From positions 15,438,001 to 15,502,000 of the forward strand of contig CM120640.1 in assembly GCA_051362555.1 (NCBI GenBank): a stretch of 64,000 bases of DNA, given 5' to 3'. Under the pieces are notes generated by a model. That model had not been told where the DNA came from. It saw only the letters and a program-made list of their open reading frames with translations, and did not search any database. Within the stretch, counting starts at the first letter, position 1, and every line of letters starts with the position of its first letter. Position numbers and translations under genes: made by a program. This stretch comes from Lingula anatina (lineage: Eukaryota > Animalia > Brachiopoda). Of this stretch, positions 10,213 through 22,854 are shown one piece after another.

Positions 10213-13200
10213 TCATAAGATTTAAAAATTTTAATTTGGTCGACCAAAAATGAGATTTATTTCCAACTATCAAATCCCATCTACACATATACTGCATACC
10301 AATAAATATCCCCTGGATATCAGGGTGCAAGGTCCCCAACGCCACGTGAACGTCGATATTATGGATGGTCTACATGTAAGACGCATTAGGCCTTTGAAAA
10401 GAAATGATGATAATGACAAAATTTTAAAAAATACTGTAAATTTCAAAAATATTCTTTTCTTAACCCTCAAGTGACCATATGGGGTCATTTACGACCCCAG
10501 CCATATGATTTAATGTGCCATCTCTTTATTTTTTTATCTGAATTTGTCTGAGTTTGTCAGTCTACGGATCCTACGCACTTCCACAGTTTTTTTGCGGGGA
10601 TCAACCAATTAGTGTGGCGTATACATCACAAACTCTTGTGGTGTCATTTATGACCCCAAAGATAAGCGTTAGTTTTTAAACATTGTTTTTTTTTAATTTT
10701 ACTCAAATGTCCCACTTCTTATATTGTATTGCACTGAATCATGTGCTTCATACAAACAGCCGGTGTGCCCAGAACATAGTCACAAAAAAGTGGTTTAAGA
10801 AGATTTTACTTGAAATGTTACTAATAGTGCATCGCTGAATCTAGCAAGTCAGCTAAAATTTTATTTTTATTGATGTTAGCAGGATGCTAGTTCAACATAA
10901 GTCATTTTTTTTACTCAAATTTATTTCCTATGATGTACATTTTTATTTAGTGTGGCAAAAAAAGAGAAATATTTTTGCAAGTGGAAACTGACAAGGACTG
11001 TCTACATAATTAAGTTATGTTGTTCTGAATATCTTTGTTTGGTTATTTCTTGCAATAAAAGTATTATTACCAAATACTTATTACATTAGATCATTATAAA
11101 AGACCTTTCTTAAATGCTGGGAATAGTATAAGTGTGATAAGCCCCCAACCAGCCTTTTATAATAAGGATCCCTGCACAGAACACAATGGGGTCGTAGATG
11201 ACCCCACTTGGTCATTTCAGTCAGTAAAATAGTTTGGTCACTTGAGGGTTAATCTCCCTGACCAAATTTATTTATGTTTCTACATCTCTCGACCCGTTTT
11301 CGAGTTCTAAATTTCTATTTTACCGTTACGAGCACAGCTGTAGTTCGTCAGTTGCTATTGCCATTACGAGGGTGACACAAACATGTGAATCACGGAACTG
11401 AAAGACGGATTTATATTTGTGAACGACTTTTGGTGTACAGTGTTGAAAATGCCCAGAAAATTAATCTTTAACGATATAAGTCAGACGTGTATTGTGTGCC
11501 TGTAAATATTGACGCGTGGTTTGTGGAATATACCCTGAAGGGGTTTGTAATTACCAAAGCCTTTCTTTTGATGAACGTCTCTTTTTGGTTGTTTGTTTAA
11601 CGAGATTAGGAAAATAATTTCAACGACGAGAAAAAAAATCACTAAAAAGAACATATTCTGGAATCAATTTCCTTTTTCAGATCTAAACGAATGTAGCTTG
11701 ACTACAGACGGCTGTGATCACATGTGCAACAATACGGTCGGAAGTTTTACTTGTTCCTGTAACACAGGGTACACCTTGCAAGGGGATGGTAAATCGTGCC
11801 AGGGTAAATTGATTTTATTTTGTGATATGTGTGCACGTGGGGTACATTTAAGTACGACTTACGTAAACGTCACAATTAATCAAATCCCATCTACACATAT
11901 ACCGCATACCAGTATATGATTGGTCCAGTTCCATGAAAATTCACCCAAAATTAGCCTTGGAAATTTTAGGATGTAGCGATCCCAATCTTTCTTCTGTCCT
12001 ACCTAAGTTACTTCTTTTATTTTATTTCTTTTATCCTAATTAGATATAGACGAGTGTTCTGCAAATACAGACGGCTGCGAACACAACTGTACCAACACTG
12101 AGGGTAGTTACACGTGTTCTTGTAATGCTGGATATTCTCTGGCCGTAGACAACCATTCGTGTCAAGGTACGGTAAAACCTTGCCTGGCAATTTTGTGGCG
12201 TATGTTGCTCTTTGAATAGAATATATACTTATATATTATTTGTATGCCCCCTTTCTTCGTCAGTTCAACAGCGCTGTTATGTAGCGTGAAAGTCCTTAAA
12301 GTACACAAAATCTTGTAGAGCAAAATAAATAGATAAAATTAATAAAAATTAATAAAAATTTCAGATATTAATGAGTGCAATTCGAATACACATGGATGTG
12401 AACAAGTGTGCAGTAATCACGGAGGGGGATATAGCTGTGCGTGTAACTCCGGATACCAGCTACAAGTTGACGGCTACAGTTGCCAAGGTATTTCTATTTT
12501 AACACCTATTTTAATTCTGTTGTAATTTTAATTAATTCTGTTTTAATTCTTAAAAGAATTCAGCATTGTTAAAATTTGACGTGAAAAGTCTATAGCCTAG
12601 GATCCGATCGCTTTCTTATATACACAAACACATGCACAGACTTCAACATTTACCTAATAATGTAAATGCTTTTTGCCTTGATAAATGATGTTTAGCAGGG
12701 ATTTTTGTATGAGCGTTGTCTGTACATAGTGTGTACTTTCTTTTCAGATATAAACGAATGTAACTTGACTACAGACGGCTGCGATCACATGTGCAACAAT
12801 ACAGTCGGAAATTTTACTTGTTCCTGTAACACAGGGTACACCTTGCAAGGGGATGGTAAATCGTGCCAGGGTACGTTAAAAATTCTCCAAGATATGATAT
12901 ACCATACAAAATAAATAAATAAATAAAAATAAATAAACTCATGACTACGATTTTAGTTCCTGTCTCCTAATGGGGGTGAGACTGGTGAATTATTGGCTAT
13001 ACGAAAAATTGTATCTCATGTACCTCTTTGCTTTTATTTGAATAGGTTATACCTTGTTGGGTAGTTTTTTTTTCTCGAAGTTTCCAGTTTTTAGCTGTAT
13101 AAAAATCAAACATAATTTTTACATGTATTGTGTCACTGTACCTATTTGAATTGTTTGTTGCAGTTATCAATACATTTTATATAATTTATCATTAAACAGA

Positions 13201-14114
13201 AAGCTTCACTGGCTATGAAAATTAATTCATCGTTGTTTGCGTGATTGAGGCATTATCTATGTCGTTGATATATCGTGTTCACTCATCCTTTGCTTACAGT
13301 GCGGACATCTCCTCCAGTTTTGCAGTTTACGAACCAAGAAATACTATGTTCTGATCTTTCTGCGATAGTTAGTAGCAGCGACATGGGGGCGTGGCTCAAA
13401 GACACGTACGTTGAAAGTACAAGCACTAAAGTGTGGGTCCTCAAAAAAGCTCACGACGCAAAAGACCTATACGAGTATCTCACTGAGGCCGCCATGGCCA
13501 ATGCCAACTCGTACGATTCTGAGACAACCCTCAACACACACTGTGACGGAACCGGTCATGTCGTTTACAATGGTTCTATTTATTGTGATAGTCATGACAA
13601 TAACAATGCAGAAATCATCAAAATTCGAATAGCTGACAACACCCTTATTGTGAACGTTGCTCTCCCTGCAGGGGCCGGGGCGCACGACGAATATTCCTAC
13701 TCGGGAATATCCAACACCGACACCGATTTCGCCGTGGATGAGTTTGGCATGTGGGCGCTGTACCAGACGGACAGTAACGGGATGAAATTAAGTGAAGTGG
13801 ACCTCTCTGATCTCTCCTTGTCAAATACGCATACCATATCAGTAACAACCCGGGGGTCCATCGGGGAATCGTTCATGTACAAGGGCGCGCTCTATACGAT
13901 CGAGTCCAACGAACAATCGCCCACCATGAACGTGAAGTACGTGTACGACACCCTGACGCAGCAGGAGCACACGTGGTCCAACGCCATGAGTGTCCCAAAT
14001 GCTGGATCGAAGGTGGTCATGTTAGATTATAATCCCAGAGATCAGAAACTGTACATGATGGTCGATAGTGGGAGTGTGTTACAAGCTGTAAGGTACAGCG
14101 TCAGCGAGACGTGA
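5421..14114 (+). CDS. Secreted mosaic protein ~850 aa: signal peptide, PAN/apple, Sushi(CCP), Thr-rich mucin, Sushi, 5x cbEGF, C-terminal olfactomedin domain
   Basis: Coding exons 5421-5768, 6510-6537, 7758-7928, 8218-8625, 9462-9629, 10018-10140, 11681-11803, 12044-12166, 12365-12487, 12748-12870, 13300-14114; all GT-AG, total 2553 nt = 851 codons with no internal stop. Motifs: hydrophobic leader ILIALLLLSAETVHC; PAN CVKRCLHEAACKSINY..NCVLN; CCP CGPIPRVANA..YTC..C..W..PPQC and CGLPPVVPNA..YVCNAGY..C..W..PAC; EGF D-x-(N/D)-E-C..CxNxxGx(Y/F)xC; OLF GAWLKD, GTGHVVYNGS, DFAVDEFGMWALY, MLDYNPRDQKLY. Confidence 0.88.
8232..8625 (+). repeat. Coding 21-bp (7-aa) tandem repeat, TTT(Q/E/H)AQ(P/A/L), mucin-like stalk
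   Basis: About 17-18 imperfect acaacaacacaagcccagcca units within exon 8218-8625. Confidence 0.9.
8866..9235. repeat. Inverted repeat pair with CTGATGAAGGC cores; possible Penelope-like pseudo-LTR remnant
   Basis: 8922-8952 is the reverse complement (1 mismatch) of 9099-9129; TTACGGCCAACCTG at ~8901 pairs with CAGGTTGGCCGTAA at ~9203. The Penelope attribution is inference. Confidence 0.5.
9668..9718. repeat. (AT)n microsatellite
   Basis: Pure AT run in the intron after Sushi 2. Confidence 0.95.
10464..11248. mobile_element. Non-autonomous piggyBac-type element (785 bp) in an intron of the olfactomedin gene
   Basis: TTAA duplication (10460-10463, 11249-11252); 14-bp TIR CCCTCAAGTGACCA / TGGTCACTTGAGGG; asymmetric subterminal inverted repeat TGGGGTCATTTACGACCCCA (~10480) / TGGGGTCGTAGATGACCCCA (~11187); no transposase ORF. 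Confidence 0.9.
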
Positions 14115-14813
14115 CCGAGATATGACAACGCTCGAATCTGAAAACTATATGAAATCCTAGTCCACCATAACGCAAAAATAATAATTGGGCCGATCAAAAC
14201 CGGTTTAGTATTTTAAAACTAAGAAGAATCAGCACATGTGAATTGTAATAGTTGTACTGTACAGATTTGGATTTTTGAAGTGTGGTATTTCGCGTTACAG
14301 GTGTAGGTGATTTTCATATTCAATAACTGAACAAAGGGACATAAGAGCGTGCGTTGTAGAACCCATCTAGATACCAGATTCGACATAAAAATACGAGTGC
14401 ATGGTGTTTTATGCGTGTTAATGATGTATATTGTTTTGGCAAGAATTCGAGAATAAGAATCAATTAGGCCTAAATGTTTTGCTTATCAAGCACAGTAAGG
14501 TGATCGACAGATGCAGGGAGAGCAAATTAATTTGTTTTGAGCATGCTTTGTGGATAAATGAAAATGTACAGGAACCGCACCAAGTGACGTCAGTGCGGTC
14601 TGTAAATGTCAGATTGACATTGGACAGTGTTTGTGTCATAAGACCCATAAGTTTGGAACAAAAGAACGTTCATAGCAGTGCCCACTACATTTCAATGAGA
14701 CTTTAAGTCAATAATAATAGAATTTCAAATGAGAAGGATGGAAGTTTTTCCATCAAACGCGAAAGTGTGGTCTCGTCTCTCTCTGTGCCCCCCCCCCCCC
14801 CCCAATGCTTCAA

Positions 14814-14902
14814 TTTATTATAAATGCCATTTTAATAAAACCAACAACGTAGCGGTTCCATGAAATGAACAATGCTGTTTTCATAGTTAAAAACCATTTA
14901 TT
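14814..14902. terminator. Convergent polyadenylation signals of the olfactomedin gene (+) and RAB23 (-)
   Basis: AATAAA on + at 14834-14839; AATAAA on - at 14897-14902 and 14814-14819. Usage is inferred, not shown. Confidence 0.45.
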
Positions 14903-16863
14903 TTGATTGTACATTGTATAGAATGAGGTTTCACAGTCTATGGACCCTTGGTATATGTGAATGAGTTCTACATGTAATAACTATGGTTTTGGGAGGCACA
15001 TAGTTTTAACACATTCTAATTCTACTGATGGTCCCTTCATAATTTTGGCACAACCTCCACACTAACTGAAATAAGGCAATGTATACGAATATATAAATTT
15101 CTTGGGTTGTGCAAAGTCAAGGCCCCTCTGTTAGAAAGTTGGAATGAGTAGAAAAAACAATGAAGTGACCTATCAATCAGTGTAAAATAATAATAATAAT
15201 CCGCCTGGTATGTGCTGGAAGCAAAATCTGGTGTGATAATTCTATTATGCTACTGATGGCTAAAAATTTACTGAGGTTATGATAAAAACAGGTGTGCAAA
15301 GCATGTTTTTAATCCTAATACATACTATGACCTGTGCAGATCAAGCAAACAGTTCAGACATAATTTCATGTGTGATTTTACACGTTGGGCCCTAGTATAC
15401 AAGCATGTTATCCTGTACTGTGAATATTTTCTTTTAAATTGTGAAAATCATTCTTGTGCCTTGAAGGTACATGTATATTGTAAGCAATATAACTGTTTGC
15501 AAGCATCACCCTTAAACCTTCAAATAATATATAATCTAAGTTTCTCTCTCTTTTACCTCGATTTCTTCAGCTATATATATACACAACCTATAATTTCATT
15601 CAATTCTTAATCTCACAGCCAGTCAGAGGGAACAAAATGCTGGTTCAGGTATTTACCACCAGATTTCAGATATGTTATCAAAAAATCCAATCGAGACATT
15701 CACAACCAATATGGGAAATGTTCTTATAATTCATAATGATCATCACACTTTTTAAAATGATACTTGAGGGCCTGTATCTTCTTTGAATGTCTCACTCCAC
15801 TGGTCAGATGCTAGCTAACCATTCCTGCTTCTTTCAATATTGTATATGATATATATATAATAGTATAATAGAGTACAACATTATAATGTATGTTTTATAC
15901 TTCTTGGTGTATACTGGACGGCATGCATTCTGTGCATACAACTGAGATTATCAGACTTATTTGTATATAATACAATTCATATAAAAATACATATGAAGCT
16001 GGATTTCAATATAATGCTAGATTTGCAACTAACATATTGGGAATCTAGAGAAGCAGCCCAATAAAAGATTACGTGTTTGCCTTAATAATTCATAGCAATT
16101 GAATATAATTATATCTTGAATTGAAAATAAAGAAATCCTATACTCACCTGATGATTCTCATTTTTTCATATTATAAAACTGACATAAAGTGTCCAATTCA
16201 AATTTGAACATCAATGACAACAGTTTAATTTATGAATGCAATGTCTCCACTTGTGACTTGAGCAATGCGCACAAACTAAGTACTTCTACAGCAAATATTG
16301 AGTATCAGACGTGCCCAGTTTGCAAAAATAATGTTTCTGAGCAATGGACATTCACCGATGCCACTTCAATCAAAAGTTGCTATTCAGTGGTTCTGTGGGT
16401 CATCTTAAAAACATGATAATATGATAGTCTGGCTGAAAATAGTCACCCTATCACCATCCACTTGCTTGAAATAATGATATATAGTCAATTATTTATATGA
16501 AATTCTTTGAATGGGCACATTGGTCCTTAGAATGGCAAACATTTCTTTTTGAACTAGGGGAGAGACGTATGCAGCAATCCCCTGTGGGGCCAAAGGAATG
16601 TTGCTGAGGCATTTAATACATCTGCATATTTATACTTTATCCACAAGTAGCAGCACCTTCCACCAAAAGCGCACTTTATCAAGGATTAAACTGGCATCTG
16701 GACTGTCAGCTTTGAACATGATCTATCAGAAGCAGCTTTTATTACACACAATTTGCAGTGGCGCTGAAACTGCACATTGCTGCAGTTGCAGAGAGCTGTC
16801 ACATCTACAGCATTCTCTCTGACAGTAGCACATCTACAGCATTCTCTCTGACAGGTAGCACAT

Positions 16864-19153
16864 CTACAATAATGTACACTTGAAATTGTTTTTCTTTCCT
16901 TGCGTGCGTCTTTTTGAAGGATGAAGAGTGATTGTCCCCCCATCTTTCTCTTTTTCACTATTTTTCCCATTTGTTGTGGAATTTGTTTGTGTTGTAAAGA
17001 AACCTGTGAAAATGAAAATTTGATAATAGAATTTCACAAATAATTGTGCCACCAATAAGTAAATAAAAAGACTAAGAGATAAAAAGTGCAGTTATCAAAG
17101 TAATACAAACCTGAAATGGCTAATGCTACCAAATTCCAAACAACTGAAATCAATATGATAAATAATTTCACAGAAAGCGGCTTCTTATGTTAAAATGAAG
17201 AAAATAACGAATTGTGTAAACTTCACATATCATTCATTGATTTTCATAGGTTACAAATAATATTTATAGCACACAAAAGGATCAATGAGGAGGGTGTTTG
17301 ATCTCAATAACCAGTGTAGAACTCACTTGGCCCTCCTATTTTTTGTGGACTAATCTCCTCTTCTACAACTGTGTTGATTTCTTGCAGGTACTTTTCTGCT
17401 AGGTATTTAAAAACTGAAAACAACCAAACAAATAATAATATTTGGATTACAATTTAAAAACTGATAAACAGAAATGTGAATGCACTTAACCTGCAAAATA
17501 TCTGGAGTCCAATTTGTATGTTCTCATTTCTGCTTTACAATTCTTGGTGCTGTATTTCCATAGCTAGTAAAGGTTCTGTGGTAAAATTAAATTGTTATAA
17601 ATTACTTGATTAATACTGTCTAATTTTCCTTTCATCAACAAACAGAATTCCCAGAATTGTCAACAAGACCTTAACTGGCATCGACTGAAAATAAGCAACA
17701 AGAAAAAAACTTTAGGTAGTGTCAGGTAAAGCTGTTAGCAATCCATAAGTGGGCGTTGAACAAACTCCTTGTACAGGATACACTGTGAGCATATGCAAAC
17801 AACCCTCTAAGTGCTGCAATGCATAATTCATTAGCTTTCAGATTCAACAAATAACAAGGTGATTTGAACTCTTAAATGGGAGCAGATGTTGCCATTGCAA
17901 AGATATTCTCTCTTATTACATCCAATGCATTACGCTTCAGAGTTCATAATAGCTTAAGAGTTTATATCAATAAAAAGGAGTCTAACCTTCATCCACATTG
18001 ACATTATCCTTCACCGACGTCCTGTAAAATCGTAGTTTTAATTGTTTGGCTAGCTCTTCTCCTTCCTCTCTGGAAGCATATACAGCACAGTATTTGAACA
18101 AGAAGTATTGGAGCTTCTCAAGCGTGTAACTTGAATACAGCTACATTAAACCAACTACATGGTTTTAAAATTGAACTTATACACTAATAAATTAATTGGA
18201 TAAAGTAATAGCATTTTCTTGAACAACCAAAATCAACTAGATACCACATGTTTTTAGTATCAAATATAAAACCTGACAAATTAGCTGCTGATAGAAAGCC
18301 TTATAATGCTTTAATTTTAGTAGCATTTCAGTTATTAGTAGATTTAGTGTAGTATTAACAATAAATAAATAAATAAATAAATAAATAAACAAATAAATAA
18401 ACAAATAAAAATTTGTAAATACTGAAGAACTTACTGTTGTACTACTGCTTCATCCTCTAAATCTATTTTATTCTGGACTAAAACCATTGCAAGTTCCCCT
18501 ACTTCATCTTCCACCTAGAGGGAACAATGTATAGTGTTGTCACCTGTTTGTTATCTTTAGTTGGAACATCCATAATAATGCATTCTTTCTCAACATGTGA
18601 GACAAATGCATGCCTTTCAGCAAATATATCATACTGGATTTACAAGAAGGCTATTTGCTTTTCAATGCTACTTGTTTTGAGAAATACAGAGGAAAATTTG
18701 TAGTCATAAAACATTTGTTTATTCATGGAAAGCATCTCAAAATGAAAATCACATGGACAATGAACCACAGAAGATGCAAATGTCACTGAAAAATTCACAG
18801 TCCTTCATTTTCATATACATGTACATGTGAAGCTTCTTTTAATGCTTCCGGTAAATGCATTATTCCATTTAGTGCTGCTAACGTCAAAATCTGCTCATAA
18901 ACAAGTAGGAAATAAGAAGCAGTGACAGACATGACAGGATGCTCCAGACTTCGGTCAAAATATGATGGTTTTAAATGCAACCAGGTTTGCTAGCTACTAA
19001 AATCAATTTTTTTTTCACTGACAAGTAACAAACATTTAGTCAGAGCTTTTAACAAAATCTCTGAACATTTATTGTGGATAAAACACTTAATCAGTCAGGG
19101 GTCTGGGTCTGCCTTAGGTCTCATCCGAATTTAATTTAAAATCACCTGATTCC

Positions 19154-19218
<65 letters not shown>

Positions 19219-22200
19219 TCCTGTCTGCAGTAATGAAGGTTTGGCATCTTCAAAATCATACATCCTTGTATTGCAACAGTGAAAATGGATATTGAACCAC
19301 ACAAGAACCACTCACCTTTTTCTTCCAACTTTGTATTGCATCGAAAGAATCTCTGTCTGTACTTGAGAATGCTAGAACACATGCTTGTGCACCTAAACAA
19401 TAAGACCAGACATTCGTTTTCATGCAACATGACAAGTTAGGGATATATTTTATTCAGAGGCACATTAAAGGCAATTGGTCCCTCATCATTTATACATCTA
19501 AATTAATTAACCATGTAACCAAACATGGAATTGCCCATTAAGGGATGCAGTTCACTGCCTGTATATTATTATAGCCTGCATTGCAGTCTGTATAGCCACC
19601 TGGGCTCGTTTCGAGGAGGAACCTTAGAGTGAAATTTGATCTAAATATTTTAACAAAAATTAAGTATGCTTTAAATTAAGTATGCTAAATCAGTAAATGA
19701 AAACCGATTAAATGAAATTGTTCTAAACCCATTGAAAACCCCTTTTTAAAGTTTGAGACCAAACTTAGGTCAACATTTATGACCAACATTTAGTTGAAAA
19801 CACTTCTGTAAAACCAATCCCTGGTGCAAGGCAATCAACTTTGTGGATACTTTCCCTTTATCTATCATTTCCATCTTTGAACTCATTTATTTATTCTGAT
19901 TCAGACATAAGGTTTTCTGATGCCTACAGTTCCTAGTGACTAGGAGGTGAAAAATTTAAGGTGTACACCATTATTATATAATGTGGTTTTAAAGATCACT
20001 TTCTCAGTTTCTTACCTCTGTAGTAAGCTTTTGTGATTGCATCAAACTCTTCTTGCCCAGCAGTATCCCACAACATTAACCGGACATCTTCACAGTTTAT
20101 TCTGAAATATTTGTAAATGAAATTTCAACATTACAGAAGATGCTGGCAAATTCAGAAATTTGCTATTTAATATTTTTTGTAATAACATTCAAACAAATGC
20201 TGAAATTAAAATGCAGTGATCAGAAGTGATCTTATAGCAATAAAATGTATAGGAAAATATAAACATAAAACATTTTTCAAACCCCCCATTATTTTCAAAA
20301 TATTTTTCATTGAAAAGCATTTTTAAGCAATAATTGCAAAAATTTATTTTGAATCAATATAAATGGTTAACTTTCTATTTTCCTTTTCTAGTTTTGAAAA
20401 TAAACCATAGAGCTTCACAGACAATGAACTTAGCACAAAAAAATATAGGTACAAGTCAAGTTATGGTTTACTTAGAATATGAAATATGCTATTAAAGCAG
20501 CTCAATTTGTATTATCTGGAAATGAGGAAATCTGTGCAAGTCAGATAACTGTCAAAAGAAATGGAACTGAACTAAAACGGCTTCACATGGGTTGACTTGA
20601 TTTGATTTCTGCTCATAACTAAGACAGGGAAATAGAAAAGAAGCTTTACAATAACAATGATGACGCATTGTGTCCAGACAGTTGATTGTTGGGCATCACT
20701 ACGAAACAATCTATCTGATATTTATAACTGCATTTCTGGAATTGCACTTTTCTGGTTTTAGAAAAATAGCTAGAAAAGATTCCACCTTAAAATTTGAAGC
20801 AAAATCATTCCTCGCTTTGTGAGGATTTAACATGCTTGGAGTGAGTTAAAAATCTGGTATACAAATTGATATGGACTTCACAGTGGCTTTCAAGCCTGGC
20901 AGCTTTAGATTGAGCTTTGAAGTCAACAGGTCAAATAACTCTGCCCAACAAACAAACCCCTATTGGAGTCAAACTTCAAGGGCATTGGGTCCAATAATAA
21001 GGTTAATGTTGCACCTATCAATCAAAACCAAAATTTTATCATAAACACAATGTTAATGGGTTTTTAATGACAAGCATGTATGGTAAAATGACAACCTTGC
21101 TATGTTATTTGATAAAGGGATCATACCCAAACAAACCATGGCCATGGAATCTAAAATGTGAAGATTTCTGAAAAGCAGTTTTACACTCTAAACTAAAAAA
21201 CCTCTGCCATTTTATTAAATAATAATTAGGGGGGATTTTCTCATCACTTTGAATACTACGTTGAGTGGAAAACCTCTACCAACAGAGAAAAGAATGGCAT
21301 ACTTTAATCTAACAGCAGCAATATTAAGATCTGTTTCCATGCTTTAAACATACAACAAAGTTCAAACTCATTCGTGGCCAATTTGATCTCTCATGCAGTC
21401 CTTTCAGTTTAAGTGGCCTCTCGGACGGGTAGCTAGGGGCAAGGCTATTGACACAGGAGTTCTCCACTTCTTTATGAATCCCTTACAGGGACTCTCACGT
21501 CTTAAGTGCACTAACACATGTGGACACCCCTGACTTAGGGTTCTTAGGGGATGAAAGAGCAAAAAGAGGAAAGGTGTGTATAAGTGTTGCAAATGTTTTT
21601 CAACTTATTATGCAGTTCATAAATATATTTGGGGTTAATCCACCTTGAAGCGGTGCTGAGTTTATACACCTTTCAAACACCATTCACAAAGCTAATGAGT
21701 CAATACAGGTATTCTCCCCCCTCTGACCAAATGTCGTTTCTACACCTCTACACAGCTTATGACTACATCGATAATCAATTCATTTTTGAGGTTCATTAGA
21801 TGAGTATAGAAAAAGAGACAATAAACCACCGCTGATTCTGAAAATCAATGATACCCCTATTCAAGTTCCTCAATCAGCTTAAATTACAGGAGCCTAATAA
21901 TGTGTGAATTTCTTTGATTTCCAGAGGCAGAGGGAGCTGCAGAGGTCACTTCCTGCACTACTCTACTGAACATTATCCCCAAGTTATTTAAGGAGAGAGT
22001 GACAGCCCAAGGGAAGCAGCAGTAAAGTGCCTATCACATACACAATATGAATGCTTTACAGTGGCAGAGTCATGTAGGATTGTATACAAATGGGTATCCG
22101 TAACACATGAAAATCTACACGTAATGGTATCAAATACCAGACTTGGGCTGGAACTGGGTTTTTGGCAATTAAGTTGAGAATTATAAAACATATGTAACAT

Positions 22201-22854
22201 AACTCTTAGGGTATAAAAAAAAGGAAAGAACCGCAAGTATGCTGAAATTGTCTTGTGGCTTTAACAATTTGTCATGAAACTTCTGGTTTTAAGGTTACAT
22301 GAGTATGTAGCAAGAGGGCGTGCAGTTGTGTTTTTTAGGTCAACTCTCTGAACGGTGCTGCATACAAATCAACAAGAAATGTATCACAGATTGTGATCTC
22401 TTTACAACATGATGCATTCTTCATAAAAAAAACTCTTACCAAATGATTTAAGGAAATTGTGCTCTTGAGTTTTTTATTAAAACCAAAAGGCACTTACATC
22501 TCTTTAAGCTCTTCAAATTTTAGACATACAACTGATAAGTACTTCAGTTTGGAATCTTTTAAAAGATTAATATATAGTCTAGATTATAATTTATTATTAC
22601 TAGTAAGCTGCCACCATAGTAATCATAACCATCTATACTATTTTATATTGTGGTAACATTAAACCATCATAAATCAACTTAAATAAAAAATGTGCTTACT
22701 CTATCTGCCTTTCTAAGAAATCCACGCCTATCGTTTTCTTGTAATCCTTGGTAAATATTCCTTTGCAATATCTCTGAATCATGCTGGACTTTCCCACTGC
22801 TCCATTGCCCACCACCACCACTTTAATGGCAGTCTCGATCTCTTCCTCTCTCAT
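16864..22854 (-). CDS. RAB23: Ras-related protein Rab-23, 235 aa
   Basis: Coding exons 22854-22700, 20101-20016, 19392-19316, 18514-18435, 18069-17987, 17413-17327, 17003-16864 (708 nt). Protein has AIKVVVVGNGAVGKSSMIQRYCKGIFTKDYKKTIGVDFLERQI, WDTAGQEEFDAITKAYYRG, QNKID, RTSVK and C-terminal CaaX CTLL, matching Rab23. Probable non-coding exon 1 ends at 28923 (GTGAGT donor); acceptor at 22988. Confidence 0.97.
19157..19215. repeat. (AG)n microsatellite in RAB23 intron
   Basis: Pure GA run. Confidence 0.95.

Noticed and set aside
10269-11914. 36-bp intronic match ATCAAATCCCATCTACACATATAC.GCATACCA at 10269 and 11879 as proof of a block duplication
   Set aside because: It follows non-equivalent EGF exons (types A and B) and is too short; it may be a dispersed repeat fragment.
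19600-19823. Possible old Harbinger MITE (CTG flanks)
   Set aside because: Terminal repeats too degenerate to support by eye.
21400-21680. GC-richer patch with a short inverted repeat (GAAAGGTGT..TATAA / TTATACACCTTTC) as ncRNA or SINE
   Set aside because: Only faint resemblance to a reverse SINE core; no boundaries, Pol III boxes or TSD could be established.
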